From Nemertoderma westbladi (taxonomy: Eukaryota; Animalia; Xenacoelomorpha), in the NCBI GenBank assembly GCA_032718475.1, contig JAUCBJ010000629.1, positions 1-64,000 on the forward strand: a stretch of 64,000 bases of DNA, read 5' to 3'. This document shows, in pieces, positions 47,743 through 60,679 of the stretch (positions are counted from its first letter, which is position 1; each line of letters starts with the position of its first letter). The notes beneath the pieces are model-generated. The model was not told the origin of the DNA and made no database searches. It worked only from the letters and a program-made list of their open reading frames with translations. The position numbers and the translations under genes were made by a program.

Positions 47743-49348
47743 TTCGTGGGGCCTTCGCGCAGCACGAGGCCCAGTTATGAGATACAAATTAAAATTGTGC
47801 GACTGTATCACAAAATCAGGTCATGAGAGATTAACCCACACCACCAATTAATCAAAGAAAGGGGGACAGTACGTGTTCACCCCTTTTAATCTGCACCCCC
47901 CCCCCCCCCTCCCCCCACCCACCAATACATAACCGCGACATCTACCACCCACGGAAGGGTAGCACGAACTTATTTCCAAACGCACGTTCAATATGCAAAG
48001 CCAGGTGGTTTATAGGAATATAATCAATGCAGTACTCGTCTTCATTATAAGCCTCTTTGCGTTCGACCTGTTTTGTATTAAAATATATTTATTAAACGCA
48101 GGCTGACGCTCTTTATAATAATAATACCTAGGGATGCCAGCTTCCAGACTTTCAATCTTTACTGCCGCGCAAACCCCGCAGAGGAAGTTTTGGTTTGAGA
48201 GATCAAGCCCATCGGCAATTGGTGTTTCAATTTCGGTCCAGGAACTCTGACAATGGGAGCATTCAATCTTAGCTGTGGTCCATTCCCGTGGTTTCGGCTT
48301 CCATTTCTTCGTCCCAATACCCAATGACAGATTCTTCTGAAGACGTTCGATTCGCTTTCAGTTTATTGTTGGCGTTTGTGTTTTGAAGTTGTATTTGAGT
48401 GGACAGTCGCGCCGGTTTCGAGGTAACCATACCGACCAGTGATAAGCGTTGGTTTTGTTGAGTGCCGGTATTCATCTTCTCTCACCTCTTCAATGTCAGA
48501 TGTTGCAAATACTGATAACACGAATAACGGTATATATTTCAATACTTGTCAATAGTAATATATATAATTTAGATAACTATTTTATATCTGTACTGTTGAG
48601 CAAACTCTACATAAATTCCAACCTGTGTATCGCCGGTAGTGTTGTTGCTGTGCAAGTGCTGAAGTGCTAGTTGCCACCGGTCAGCCGGTACCGGTAGTAG
48701 GGTGGTACCTACGGTGCGCACTACAACGGCAGTACAGCAATACGGTGTACCGTGCCAATGACTGAATGATTAGCGGTAACTATCTAAACTATTATATTAT
48801 TATTACCGGTGCCGGTACTGGGCTAATTAGGCCTAAACTATAATCACCGCAAGGGTTGCCAGGGCCATGTTTAATTAGATTACATGATATGGCATGTCTG
48901 CAGTGTATGGTACCGGCTGACCAGTATTGCAGTATTGACTGATTGCAGGATTCTCGATTCAGGGATTGAGTACAGCCTGACAGTACCGGTACACATGGTA
49001 CATGCAGATTGGCAGACAGCCCCAATGTATTGCAAAATTTGTCAGAAACCCAGCTGATTTATCCTACAGTAATAATAATTTAACGCATTTTAAATTTGGA
49101 TAAATAAATTTATTATAACTGCAATAACAGTTACACTGATGCTGCATGAAGGCCCCACCAAATTCTACTTGGAAAATTTTCAAACTTTTGCCAAACAACA
49201 TGTGTACCAAGTTTGGATAGATTTCATCAAGGATTGGCCGAGTTATTAACGTTTAAAATAAAATACTGAAAAAAAAACGCGACAGAACGACACGTTGATT
49301 AATGGTACCCCTACGCTAAGGCTCACTCACTTCGTGGCTCGCCCCACA
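47733..49348 (-). mobile_element. Putative second element with the same end motifs as 25492-27340
   Basis: Same left and right end motifs but an unrelated interior. The left motif overlaps the BEL gag frame, so the boundary is ambiguous. Confidence 0.4.
48130..48475 (-). pseudogene. Possible PHD-finger-like LINE ORF1 fragment
   Basis: IECSHCQSSW...NFLCGVC followed by a short helical stretch; frameshifted upstream. Confidence 0.4.
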
Positions 49349-50875
49349 TTGGCGTTTCGCGTTTGGATTGACAGTCACCGACAGGGTATAAACCAAAGCA
49401 GTTAACACACTGTAGATCAGAGCATACGATAGTACTGTAGCACGTGCTGAGGGTGTTTTAGCCAAAAAAGTAGCACAATTTTTATATAAATGGGCTGGAG
49501 CATGACAAGCAGGTCACTTTTTGGACACTGACTCTCTCACAGGAAGTCTGTCTGTCTCCTTGAAAATTGCCATATTTTGGCTAATGTTGTAAATATATAA
49601 CTTTTTATTAGTACTAAATAGAAAATGCAACAGAAGAATGAAGATAGGGTGTGCATTGAAATCAAATTTGGCATCGCACTCTTACTGTGGTATTTTGGGT
49701 TTTGTTTATTAGGGGCAGCGGGATGACTAGTTCGGAATGACCTCAATTTGGCGCGTGGTGAAAAGTATATGTTTGATTGATCTTCAGTGCGAATATATTT
49801 TATAACAATATATCAGGTATCAGAATACAGCAAAATTGGGTTTCGGCGGTTATACAAAAGAAAAGAAAAAATAGATACACAATAGCAATATCTCAATTAG
49901 TATTGTACAAAGTGTGGTAGATCGTGCAACATTTGAAAGCACTGCATGCTGGCACCTTTTGAACCAAAATGTCAAGGTTTCTGTGAGCGAGCCATACTAA
50001 ATAGGTGATATTGTTTGCTGTAAAATAAGTTGATAATATATATTATGTTATAGTAATATTGGCTAGATATGTAAAATGGGATGTCGAAGTGCACACATGG
50101 ATAAATCATGTGACACTTGCTGCTACTGCTGCTACACTTTTATTAACAGCATGCCTTAGCATTACATTAAGTGTGAAATTGTGAGGTGCACCACATGACT
50201 TACCATTGGAACGCATGAGTTATAATTTTGCAAACAACTCAGACAATTGATGTGGAAAATGGGCCGTAGGCCCAGTTTACAGATATTACACTACATGGTG
50301 ACAGTACAGCAAGAACGCGGTTCCAGTGTTGCGAGAATGCGCAGTGATAGCGCTCAACAAAGTTTGCTCAAAATGAGAGGCAAACCACAGCACTATCATG
50401 CGAAGTGTATCTGTGAACCAGGCTATAGGGTTCAGGGAAATTGATTAGTCAATAAGTGATCTCCAAGTGAGTGGTAGGTGTTTTTATCACTTGGAGAAAG
50501 GGAATATATAGTCTTGTGGGGTAAACATGGTACTGTAGATGCCTCACCATGGCACCTACACTTGTCATTATTCACTTTGCAACTGGACACGAACAATACC
50601 CAGCTGTCATACTTAACACAGTAGAGTCATCTTTCAATAATTTGAGTCTCTTGACTAGTCGTAACACTTATTGCAAATTTGGAAAGTATAGTATTACTGC
50701 TTGAACTTCCCCTTTTTTGTGTTGCTCTATTTCGATAAGCCAGTACTTGAGACTAGCTCACACACAGTAGGAAACTGTGGTTGCCTAGTGACCATCTATT
50801 TGCCAAATGCTTAGGCGCTAATGGATAAATTGTCCACAATAAGGAAAAAATTGCATTCCCCCTAATTTCAATGTA

Positions 50876-50896
50876 TCTATATATATAAATATCATG

Positions 50897-50931
<35 letters not shown>

Positions 50932-52516
50932 TTGTCTGTCCAAGCTATACGTTTCTACACACAAGCACCAATCTGAGCTCGCGATACATCGAACGAAAGC
51001 TCTCGTCACGAGCACGTGCACTGTCGCTATCTCGAGTCTTATTTTACGCGTTTGTTTGCGTGAATGCAGATTTCGTGAATTTGGTACCGGTAGCGCAGTA
51101 GGCCTAGCAGTTCATTCTGTCACTCTACATGTTGAGTCTCGACTATTATGCTACTTTTTGATGCGCATCTACGTGATGCAGACTGCCCCGAGTACATGGA
51201 CGCGAAACGTCGTTATATCGAGGCGAATTTTATGCATCATTTATGCGTGAATGCGTATTTGTGGTCAAATTGGGCTATTATTCCATAACCATTTTCAGCC
51301 AAATTTGTCAACCAGCAGGAAACTCTATAACAGCGGTTGCACCATCAGACTCAATCTGTTCTAAATGATACTTTGCAGATACGTTCCTGACCATAGACTT
51401 TGTGTTTGGGAAGACACTGATCAATCTGGAGTTCTCCAGTCTGCCGCTAGGGGGCGAAATGTCAGAAACTGAAAACCTTCTCCCATTTCGTTATTATTAA
51501 TGCCTTTTAGCTGATACGTGGCAGAGGTCTACTACACCATAGGCTGTGTGTTTTCGGAGGATGCTGACCAATCTGCAATTCCCCAGTCTGCCGCTAGGGG
51601 GAGAAATATCTGAAAGTGAAAACCTTATCCCATTTCGTTGTTTATAATGCTTTTTTGCTGATACTTGGCAGAAGTCGACTACACCATAGACTGCGTGTTT
51701 GTAGAGAACTCTGAATAATCTGCAATTCCCCAGTCTGCCGCTAGGGGGAGAAATATCTGAAAGTGAAAACCTTATCCCATTTCTTTGTTTATAATGCTTT
51801 TTTGCTGATACTTGGCAGAGGTCTACTACACCATACAGCGTGTTTGGGGAGGAGCTAGAATCAGTCTGCATTTCTCCAGTCTACCGCTAGGGGGCCAAAT
51901 GTCTGAAAGTGAAAACCTTATCCCATTTCGTTATTAATAATGCTTTTAGGCTGACACTTGGCAGATGTGTATTACACCATATGGTGTGTGTCTGTGGAGG
52001 ACGCCCAACTACCTGCAGTTCTCAATTCGGCCGCTAGGGGGCGAAATATCTGAAAGTGAAAACCTTATCCCATTTCGTTGTTTATAATGCTTTTAGGCTG
52101 ATACTTGGCAGAGGTCTACTACACCATAGACTGCGTTTTTGTGGATAACTCTGACCAATCTGTAATTCCTCAGTCTGCCGCTAGAGGGTGAAATCTCTGA
52201 AATGAAAACCTTCTCCCATTTCGTTGTTTCTAATGCTTTTTTTTATACTTGGGAAACGTATACTACACCATAGGCTGTGTGTTTGGGGCGGATGCTAACC
52301 AGTCTGCAGTTCTCCAGTATACTGGTAGAGGGTGCGAAATGTCTGAAAAGTGAAAACATTCTCACATTTAGTTATTAAAAATGCTTTTAGGCTTTGTTTG
52401 AGAGAACACTCAACCATGTGACGTTAAGTCAAGTTAATTAATTAATCTAATGTTTGGAATGGTGAATAGGCTTGTGAACTAGAAAGACGTGGCCCGAAGG
52501 GCCACGGGCTTTCTAG
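50876..52516 (+). mobile_element. Non-autonomous Helitron A
   Basis: A|TCTATATATATAAA 5' end and (GTCT)n. ~147-bp repeats with CCGCTAG at 51443, 51591, 51738, 51884, 52031 and 52178. 3' hairpin CGTGGCCC-GAA-GGGCCACG followed by CTAG|T. Confidence 0.9.
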
Positions 52517-52518
52517 TA

Positions 52519-54711
52519 TCTAATATATATAAATATCGATTGTCTGTCAGTCAGTCAGTCTGTCTGTGTGTTTGTCATCGGCTATACAATCGAACCCATC
52601 TCGATGAAATCTCGCTTGCTATAGCTCGTTAGAAAGGTCTCGCCCTAACTCGTTGCAACGTAATACTCAGAGTCGTCTGAAGTTCGCCCGTCTGCCGCTA
52701 GAGGGCGATTTTCGTGATTTTCGGGCGAAATTTATCGAATTATTTCGGTTCTTCTATCGGTAATTAATGATTTAGAGGGCTAACATTTATCCCACCTGGT
52801 ATAAAATTAACATGGGTAGATTCGCCGTGTCCCATTCTCACAAAGTATTTATTTTATTCGAGTGTTTAATATAAATATGTATGATTATTTATTGATTAAA
52901 AAACAAATAGTGTATAAATATGTCATATTCGCCAAGCACGATCGAATTGGCCTATTGTTATTGAATAGGGAAGGATTGTTTTCTGTAGCAACCTTAAGGT
53001 AATTATTGAACTCGCAGCTAGCTGGCTGGGCACAGATAAGGAGCAAGCAGGCTGGAGTGTTGATTGGGGTGGGTTTGGGTTGTAGTAATTCTGCTTTCTC
53101 AATCATTGGCTGCATGGAAGGAGAGGTTTATAACATTTTTGTTTTACTGTTATGAATATTAAAAGTAAAAATAATTATTTCTATAGGCCTATACTTACTG
53201 TATTATTATGTTATCTAATATTATACATCTAATCTCGATGAAATCTCGCTTACTATAGCTCGTTAGATAGGTCTCGCCCTAACTCGTTGCAACGTAATAC
53301 TCAGAGCCGTCTGAAGTTCCCCCGTCTGCCGCTAGAGGGCGAATTATCCGATAGTGAAAACCTGATCTTATTGGGTTGTTTTTAATGCTTTTGAGCTGAA
53401 ACTTGGTAGCTATATACTGCAGCATAGGCTGTATATTTCCGGAGTCACTGGGTGGTCTACAGTTCCCCAGTCTACCGTTAGAGTGCTAAATGTCTGAGAG
53501 ATAACATCTTCTCCAACTTTATTATTTACAATCCGTTTTGACTGAAACTTGGTAGGCATCTACTACAGCATAGGCTGAATCTTTACTGAGTCGCAGAGTC
53601 GTCTACAATTTCCCAGTCTACCGCTAGAGGGCGAAATGTCTGCAAGTTAACATCTTCTCCAACTTTGTTATTTATAATCCATTTAGACTGAACTTGGTAG
53701 GCATCTACTACAGCATAGGCTATATCTTTACTGAGTCGCGCAGAGTTGTCTACAGTACCCGCGTCTGCCGCTAGAGGGCGAAATGTATGAAAGTTAACAT
53801 CTTCTCCAACTTTGTTATTTACAATCCTTTTAGACTGAAACTTGGTAGGCATCTACTATAGCATAGGCTATATCTTTGCGGAGTAGTAGAGTCGTCTACA
53901 GTTCCACAGTCAGACGCAAGAGGGCGAATTGTCTGATAGTGAAAACCTCATCCCATTTGGTTCTTTTTAATCCTTTTGAGCTGAAACTTGGCAGGTATCT
54001 ACTACATCCTAGGCTCTATCTTTACGGAGTTGCAGAGTCCTATACACTTCCCCAGTCTACCGCTAGAGGGTGAAATGTCTGAAAATTAACATCTTCTCCA
54101 ACTTTGTTATTTACAAACGGTTTAGACTGAAACTTGGTAGGCATCTACTACAGCATAGGCTCTACCTTTACGGAGTCGCAGAGTTGTATACAGTTCCCCT
54201 ATCTGCCGCTAGAGGGCGAATTGTCTGATAGTGAACACCTCATCCCAATTGGTTCTCTTTAATCCCTTTGAGCTGAAACTTGGCAGGAATCTACTGCAGC
54301 ATATTCTGTATCTTTACGGAGTCCCAGAGTCGTCTACAGTTCTTCAGTCTACCGCTAGAAGTCTGAATGTGAACATCTACACCAATTTTGTTATTTACAA
54401 TCTGTTTAAGCTGAAACTTGAAAGGCAGGCATTTTACTTCACCATAAACCCCACCTTTACCAAACTGCAGCGCCGTCTGCATTTCACCAGTCCGCAGGTA
54501 GAGGGTGGATCTGAAAGTGATCATTTTCTGGAAATTTTGTTATTTACAATCTGACTAAAGTTGAAACTTGACAGTTATCTCTTATGGGGGTGGTGTTTTA
54601 TTTAATGATGGTGTCTGTTCCGTATGCAGTTCTCCAATCTCCCACACATATTCATATATCATCTGCACGTGCACTAGAAAGCTGTGGCCCGAAGGGCCAC
54701 AGGCTTTCTAG
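52519..54711 (+). mobile_element. Non-autonomous Helitron B, copy 1 (about 9 satellite monomers)
   Basis: A|TCTAATATATATAAA start. Ends with hairpin TGTGGCCC-GAA-GGGCCACA and CTAG. Confidence 0.92.
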
Positions 54712-57361
54712 TCTAATATATATAAATATCGATTGTCTGTCTGTCTGTGTGTTTGTCATCGGCTATACAATCGAACCCATCTCGATGAAATCTCGCTTGC
54801 TATAGCTCGTTAGAAAGGTCTCGCTCTAACTCGTTGCAACGTAATACTCAGAGTCGTCTGAAGTTCACCCGTCTGCCGCTAGAGGGCGATTTTCGTGATT
54901 TTCGGGCGAAATTTATCGAATTATTTCGGTTCGTCTATCGGTAATTAATGATTTAGAGGGCTAACATTTATCCCACCTGGTATAAAATTAACATGGGTAG
55001 ATTCGCCGTGTCCCATTCTCACAAAGTTTTTATTTTATTCGAGTGTTTAATATAAATATGTATGATTATTTATTGATTAAAAATCAAATAGTGTATAAAT
55101 ATGTCATATTCGCCAAGCACGATCGAATTGGCCTATTGGTATTGAATAGGGAAGGATTGTTTTCTGTATCATAGCAACGTTAAGGTAATTAATGAACTCG
55201 CAGCTAGCTGGCTGGGCACAGATAAGGAGCAAGCAGGCTGGAGTGTTGATTGGGGTGGGTTTGGGTTATCTGTTGCGAATTGCTCAGAGTAATTCTGCTT
55301 TCTCAATCATTGGCTGCATGGAAGGAGAGGTTTATAACATTTTTGTTTTACTGTTATGAATATTAAAAGTAAAATAATTATTTCTGTAGGCCTATACTTA
55401 CTGTATTATTATTTTATCTAATATTATACATCTAATCTCGATGAAATCTCGCTTACTATAGCTCGTTAGATGGGTCTCGCCCTAACTCATTGCAACGTAA
55501 TACTCAGAGCCGTCTGAAGTTCCACCGTCTGCCGCTAGAGGGCGAATTATCCGATAGTGAAAACCTGATCTTATAGGGTTGTTTTTAATGCTTTTGAGCT
55601 GAAACGTGGTAGCTATATACTGCAGCATAGGCTGTATATTTCCGGAGTCACTGGGTTGTCTACAGTTCCCCTGTCTACCGTTAGAGGGCTAAATGTCTGA
55701 GAGTTAACATCTTCTCCAACTTTATTATTTACTATCCGTTTTGACTGAAACTTGGTAGGCATCTACTACAGCATAGGCTGAATCTTTACTGAGTCGCAGA
55801 GTCGTCTACAATTTCCCAGTCTACCGCTAGAGGGCGAAATGTCTGCAAGTTAACATCTTCTCCAACTTTGTTATTTATAATCCATTTAGACTGAACTTGG
55901 TAGGCATCTACTACAGCATAGGCTATATCTTTACTGAGTCGCGCAGAGTTGTCTACAGTACCCGCGTCTGCCGCTAGAGGGCGAAATGTATGAAAGTTAA
56001 CATCTTCTCCAACTTATTTATTTACAAACCTTTTAGACTGAAACTTGGTAGGCATCTACTATAGCATAGGCTATATCTTTGCGGAGTAGTAGAGTCGTCT
56101 ACAGTTTCACAGTCAGCCGCAAGAGGGCGAATTGTCTGATAGTGAAAACCTCATCCCATTTGGTTTTTTTTAATCCTTTTGAGCTGAAACTTGGCAGGTA
56201 TCTACTACATCCTAGGCTCTATCTTTACGGAGTTGCAGAGTCCTATACACTTCCCCAGTCTACCGCTAGAGGGTGAAATGTCTGAAAGTTACCATCTTCT
56301 CCAACTTTGTTATTTATAATCCATTTAGACTGAACTTGGTAGGCATCTACTACAGCATAGGCTATATCTTTACTGAGTCGCGCAGATTTGTCTACATTAC
56401 CCGCGTCTGCCGCTAGAGGGCGAAATGTATGAAAGTTAACATCTCCTCCAACTTTGTTATTTACAATCCTTTTAGACTGAAACATGGTAGACATCTACTA
56501 TAGCATAGGCTATATCTTTGTGGAGTAGTAGAGTCGTCTACAGTTCCACAGTCAGCCGCTAGAGGGGGAATTGTCTGATAGTGAAAAACTCATCCCACTT
56601 GGTTCTTTTTAATCATTTTGAGCTGAAACTTGGCAGGTATCTACTACATCATAGGCTGTATCTTTACGGAGTTGCAGAGTCCTATACACTTCCCCAGTCT
56701 ACCGCTAGAGGGTGAAATGTCTGAAAGTTAACATCTTCTCCAACTTTGTTATTTACTAACGGTTTAGACTGAAACTTGGTAGGCATCTACTACAACATAG
56801 GCTGTACCTTTACGGATTCGCAGAGTTGTATACAGTCCCCCCATTTGACGCTAGAGGGCGAAATATCTGATAGTGAACACCTCATCCCATTTGGTTCTTT
56901 TTAATCCTATTGAGCTGGAACTTGGCAGGAATCTACTACAGCATATTCTGTATCTTTACGGAGTCCTAGAGTCGTCTACAGTTCTTCAGTCTACCGCTAG
57001 AGGGCGAAATGTTTGAATATGAACATCTACACCAATTTTGTTATTTACAATCTGTTTAAGCTGAAACTTGAAAGGCAGGCATTTTACTTCACCATAAACC
57101 CCATCTTTACCAAACTGCAGCGCCGTCTGCATTTCACCAGTCCGCAGGTAGAGGGTGGATCTGAAAGTGATCATTTTCTGGAAATTTTGTTATTTACAAT
57201 CTGCCTAAAGTTGAAACTTGACAGTTATCTCTTATGGGGGTGGTGTTTTATTTAATGATGGTGTCTGTTCCGTATGCAGTTCTCAAATCTCCCACACATA
57301 TTCATATATCATCTGCACGTGCACTAGAAAGCTGTGGCCCGAAGGGCCACAGGCTTTCTAG
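54712..57361 (+). mobile_element. Helitron B, copy 2 (about 12 monomers), fused head-to-tail to copy 1
   Basis: CTAG|TCTAATA junction with no spacer base; same termini as copy 1. Confidence 0.92.
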
Positions 57362-59367
57362 TGAATATTAAAAGTAAAATAATTATTTCTGTAGGCCTAT
57401 ACTTACTGTATTATTATTTTATCTAATATTATAAATCTAATCTCGATGAAATCTCGCTTACTATAGCTCGTTAGATAGGTCTCGCCCTAACTCGTTGCAA
57501 CGTAATACTCAGAGCCGTCTGAAGTTCCACCGTCTGCCGCTAGAGGGCGAATTATCCGATAGTGAAAACCTGATCTTATAGGGTTGTTTTTAATGCTTTT
57601 GAGCTGAAACATGGTAGCTATATACTGCAGCATAGGCTGAATCTTTACTGAGTCGCAGAGTTGTCTACAATTTCCCAGTCTACCGCTAGAGGGCGAAATG
57701 TCTGCAAGTTAACATCTTCTCCAACTTTGTTATTTTTAATGCTTTTGAGCTGAAACTTGGTAGCTATATACTGCAGCATAGGCTGTATATTTCCGGAGTC
57801 ACTGATTTGTCTACAGTTACCCAGTCTACCGTTAGAGGGCTAAATGTCTGAGAGTTAACATCTTCCCCAACTTTATTATTTACAATCCGTTTTGACTGAA
57901 ACTTGGTAGGCATCTACTACAGCATAGGCTGTATCTTTACTGAGTCGCGCAGAGTTGTCTACAGTACCCGCGTCTGCCGCTAGAAGGCGAAATGTATGAA
58001 AGTTAACATCTTCTCCAACTTTGTTATTTACAATCCTTTTAGAATGAAACTTGGTAGGCATCTACTATAGCATAGGCTATATCTTTGCAGAGTAGTAGAG
58101 TCGTCTACAGTTCCACAGTCAGCCGCAAGAGGGCGAATTGTCTGATAGTGAAAACCTCATCCCATTTGGTTCTTTTTAATCCTTTTGAGCTGAAACTTGG
58201 CAGGTATCTACTACATCCTAGGCTCTATCTTTACGGAGTTGCAGAGTCCTATACACTTCCCCAGTCTACCGCTAGAGGGTGAAATGTCTGAAAGTTACCA
58301 TCTTCTCCAACTTTGTTATTTATAATCCATTTAGACTGAACTTGGTAGGCATCTACTACAGCATAGGCTATATCTTTACTGAGTCGCGCAGAGTTGTCTA
58401 CATTACCCGCGTCTGCCGCTAGAGGGCGAAATGTATGAAAGTTAACATCTCCTCCAACTTTGTTATTTACAATCCTTTTAGACTGAAACTTGGTAGACAT
58501 CTACTATAGCATAGGCTATATCTTTGTGGAGTAGTAGAGTCGTCTACAATTCCACAGTCAGCCGCTAGAGGGGGAATTGTCTGATAGTGAAAACCTCATC
58601 CCATTTGGTTCTTTTTAATCATTTTGAGCTGAAACTTGGCAGGTATCTACTACATCATAGGCTGTATCTTTACGAAGTTGCAGAGTCCTATACACTTCCC
58701 CAGTCTACCGCTAGAGGGTGAAATGTCTGAAAGTTAACATCTTCTCCAACTTTGTTATTTACTAACGGTTTAGACTGAAACTTGGTAGGCATCTAATACA
58801 ACATAGGCTGTACCTTTACGGATTCGCAGAGTTGTATACAGTCCCCCCATTTGACGCTAGAGGGCGAAATATCTGATAGTGAACACCTCATCCCATTTGG
58901 TTCTTTTTAATCCTATTGAGCTGGAACTTGGCAGGAATCTACTACAGCATATTCTGTATCTTTACGGAGTCCTAGAGTCGTCTACAGTTCTTCAGTCTAC
59001 CGCTAGAGGGTGAAATGTTTGAATATGAACATCTACACCAATTTTGTTATTTACAATCTGTTTAAGCTGAAACTTGAAAGGCAGGCATTTTACTTCACCA
59101 TAAACCCCATCTTTACCAAACTGCAGCGCCGTCTGCATTTCACCAGTCCGCAGGTAGAGGGTGGATCTGAAAGTGATCATTTTCTGGAAATTTTGTTATT
59201 TACAATCTGCCTAAAGTTGAAACTTGACAGTTATCTCTTATGGGGGTGGTGTTTTATTTAATGATGGTGTCTGTTCCGTATGCAGTTCTCAAATCTCCCA
59301 CACATATTCATATATCATCTGCACGTGCACTAGAAAGCTGTGGCCCGAAGGGCCACAGGCTTTCTAG
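57362..59367 (+). mobile_element. Helitron B, copy 3, lacking its first ~645 bp
   Basis: Starts at internal TGAATATTAAAAGT (equivalent to ~55357). Ends with hairpin and CTAG|T. Confidence 0.9.
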
Positions 59368-60679
59368 TTTAAAAGAAATTAATAAAACTGCTTAATTTCG
59401 ATGTGCTGACTGCAGTTATAGACGGTTTTAGTTAATAATAACGGTTTCACTTAAAAATAGGCAGCCCCTTAAATTACATTAGTTAATTTTCTGTAAATTT
59501 TGTTGAAGAAAATCGTTGCTCAGTAATCTTTATCGTTCAACAATATATCTGTCATTATAGGTTTCATTTGAACTATATAATGCCCAGTTACCTATTCTGA
59601 ATGTTATGAGTTATAATTTTGTTTGAGCGAAAAATAATAGAATACGGTACATATGTACGTTTCTATTGAAACTATATTTTCAGTGATTTGTTATAAAGTG
59701 TTAAGCCTATAGATTGGAACAATAGCAGTCCCAGAAACAATTCCGCCCGAACCTTCTTGTAGATCCAAAGTGAGTTGAGCAACTTTACAAAGGGTAGTTC
59801 TAGCCTCCACGTCTGGCCATGGACTTCTAGAATATTAATTTATACCAGGACTGGAAACTGTTTATTCGGAAATACCAGTTGAGGCCTACTTTCTGATTTT
59901 TGCTAGCATTATTTATTTTAGGAATCATCATATCTAAACCGCTACCGTTTGAGCTTTTCTGAACGGATTTTAATAATTTATGTTGCATTAGATGCGCAGA
60001 TTTCTCAGCTTTACTTATGTAGGCCTATGTATATAAAATAATCCTTACATTTGTTAATAATAATAATCAATTTGTATAGCGCCAAATTAACATTAGAATA
60101 CTCTAAGGCGCTGAAACAACGTGGCACGTTATTTTAACCAAAACAATAAACTATGCACAATAGAACAGGTTACAGTTTTATTTTTGAGAATAATCAGCTG
60201 TTATTTGCGTTTAATTTCCCCTGTAGAGGGATTAATTTTTTATTGCGTCCAGTTCCCCCCCTGGAAACAACAGTATCGTCCACATAACGTAGCAAAGCAA
60301 CTTAGAATAAAATAAACTACTGTATATCTAAAATTGGGTAAAACAGTTTCAAAATTGTGTTAAAATATTAAAATATTCGGTTCAGTTAAAACAAACTCTG
60401 GTCTGTACGTAGGAATAAGATATGATATAATAAGTCATGCTCTAGGATGTAGGAGTAAGTTATCCCAAAATGCAAAAATGTTAGGAAGATATTTTACCGT
60501 ATGCGTATCCAAAAAGTGTGTACGACCAAAGAGGATACTGTCACCATTCTGTGTTGTTTCTACCCCCCCCCCCCCCCCCCCCCCCCACTCCAGCCCAAAT
60601 AATTTCTGCGCTAGCTGTGGCTTTGTCGTGTTAAGTCTGAATAAACCATGGCGTGTCGTTTTATTACCTAATAAATGCT

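Noticed and set aside
50247-50444. ORF with YHAKC as a transposase N-terminal relic
   Set aside because: A single short motif is not enough without a profile search.
53583-59261. Recurrent short ORFs in the Helitron cluster
   Set aside because: Chance frames in satellite monomers; no Rep (HUH) or helicase motifs.
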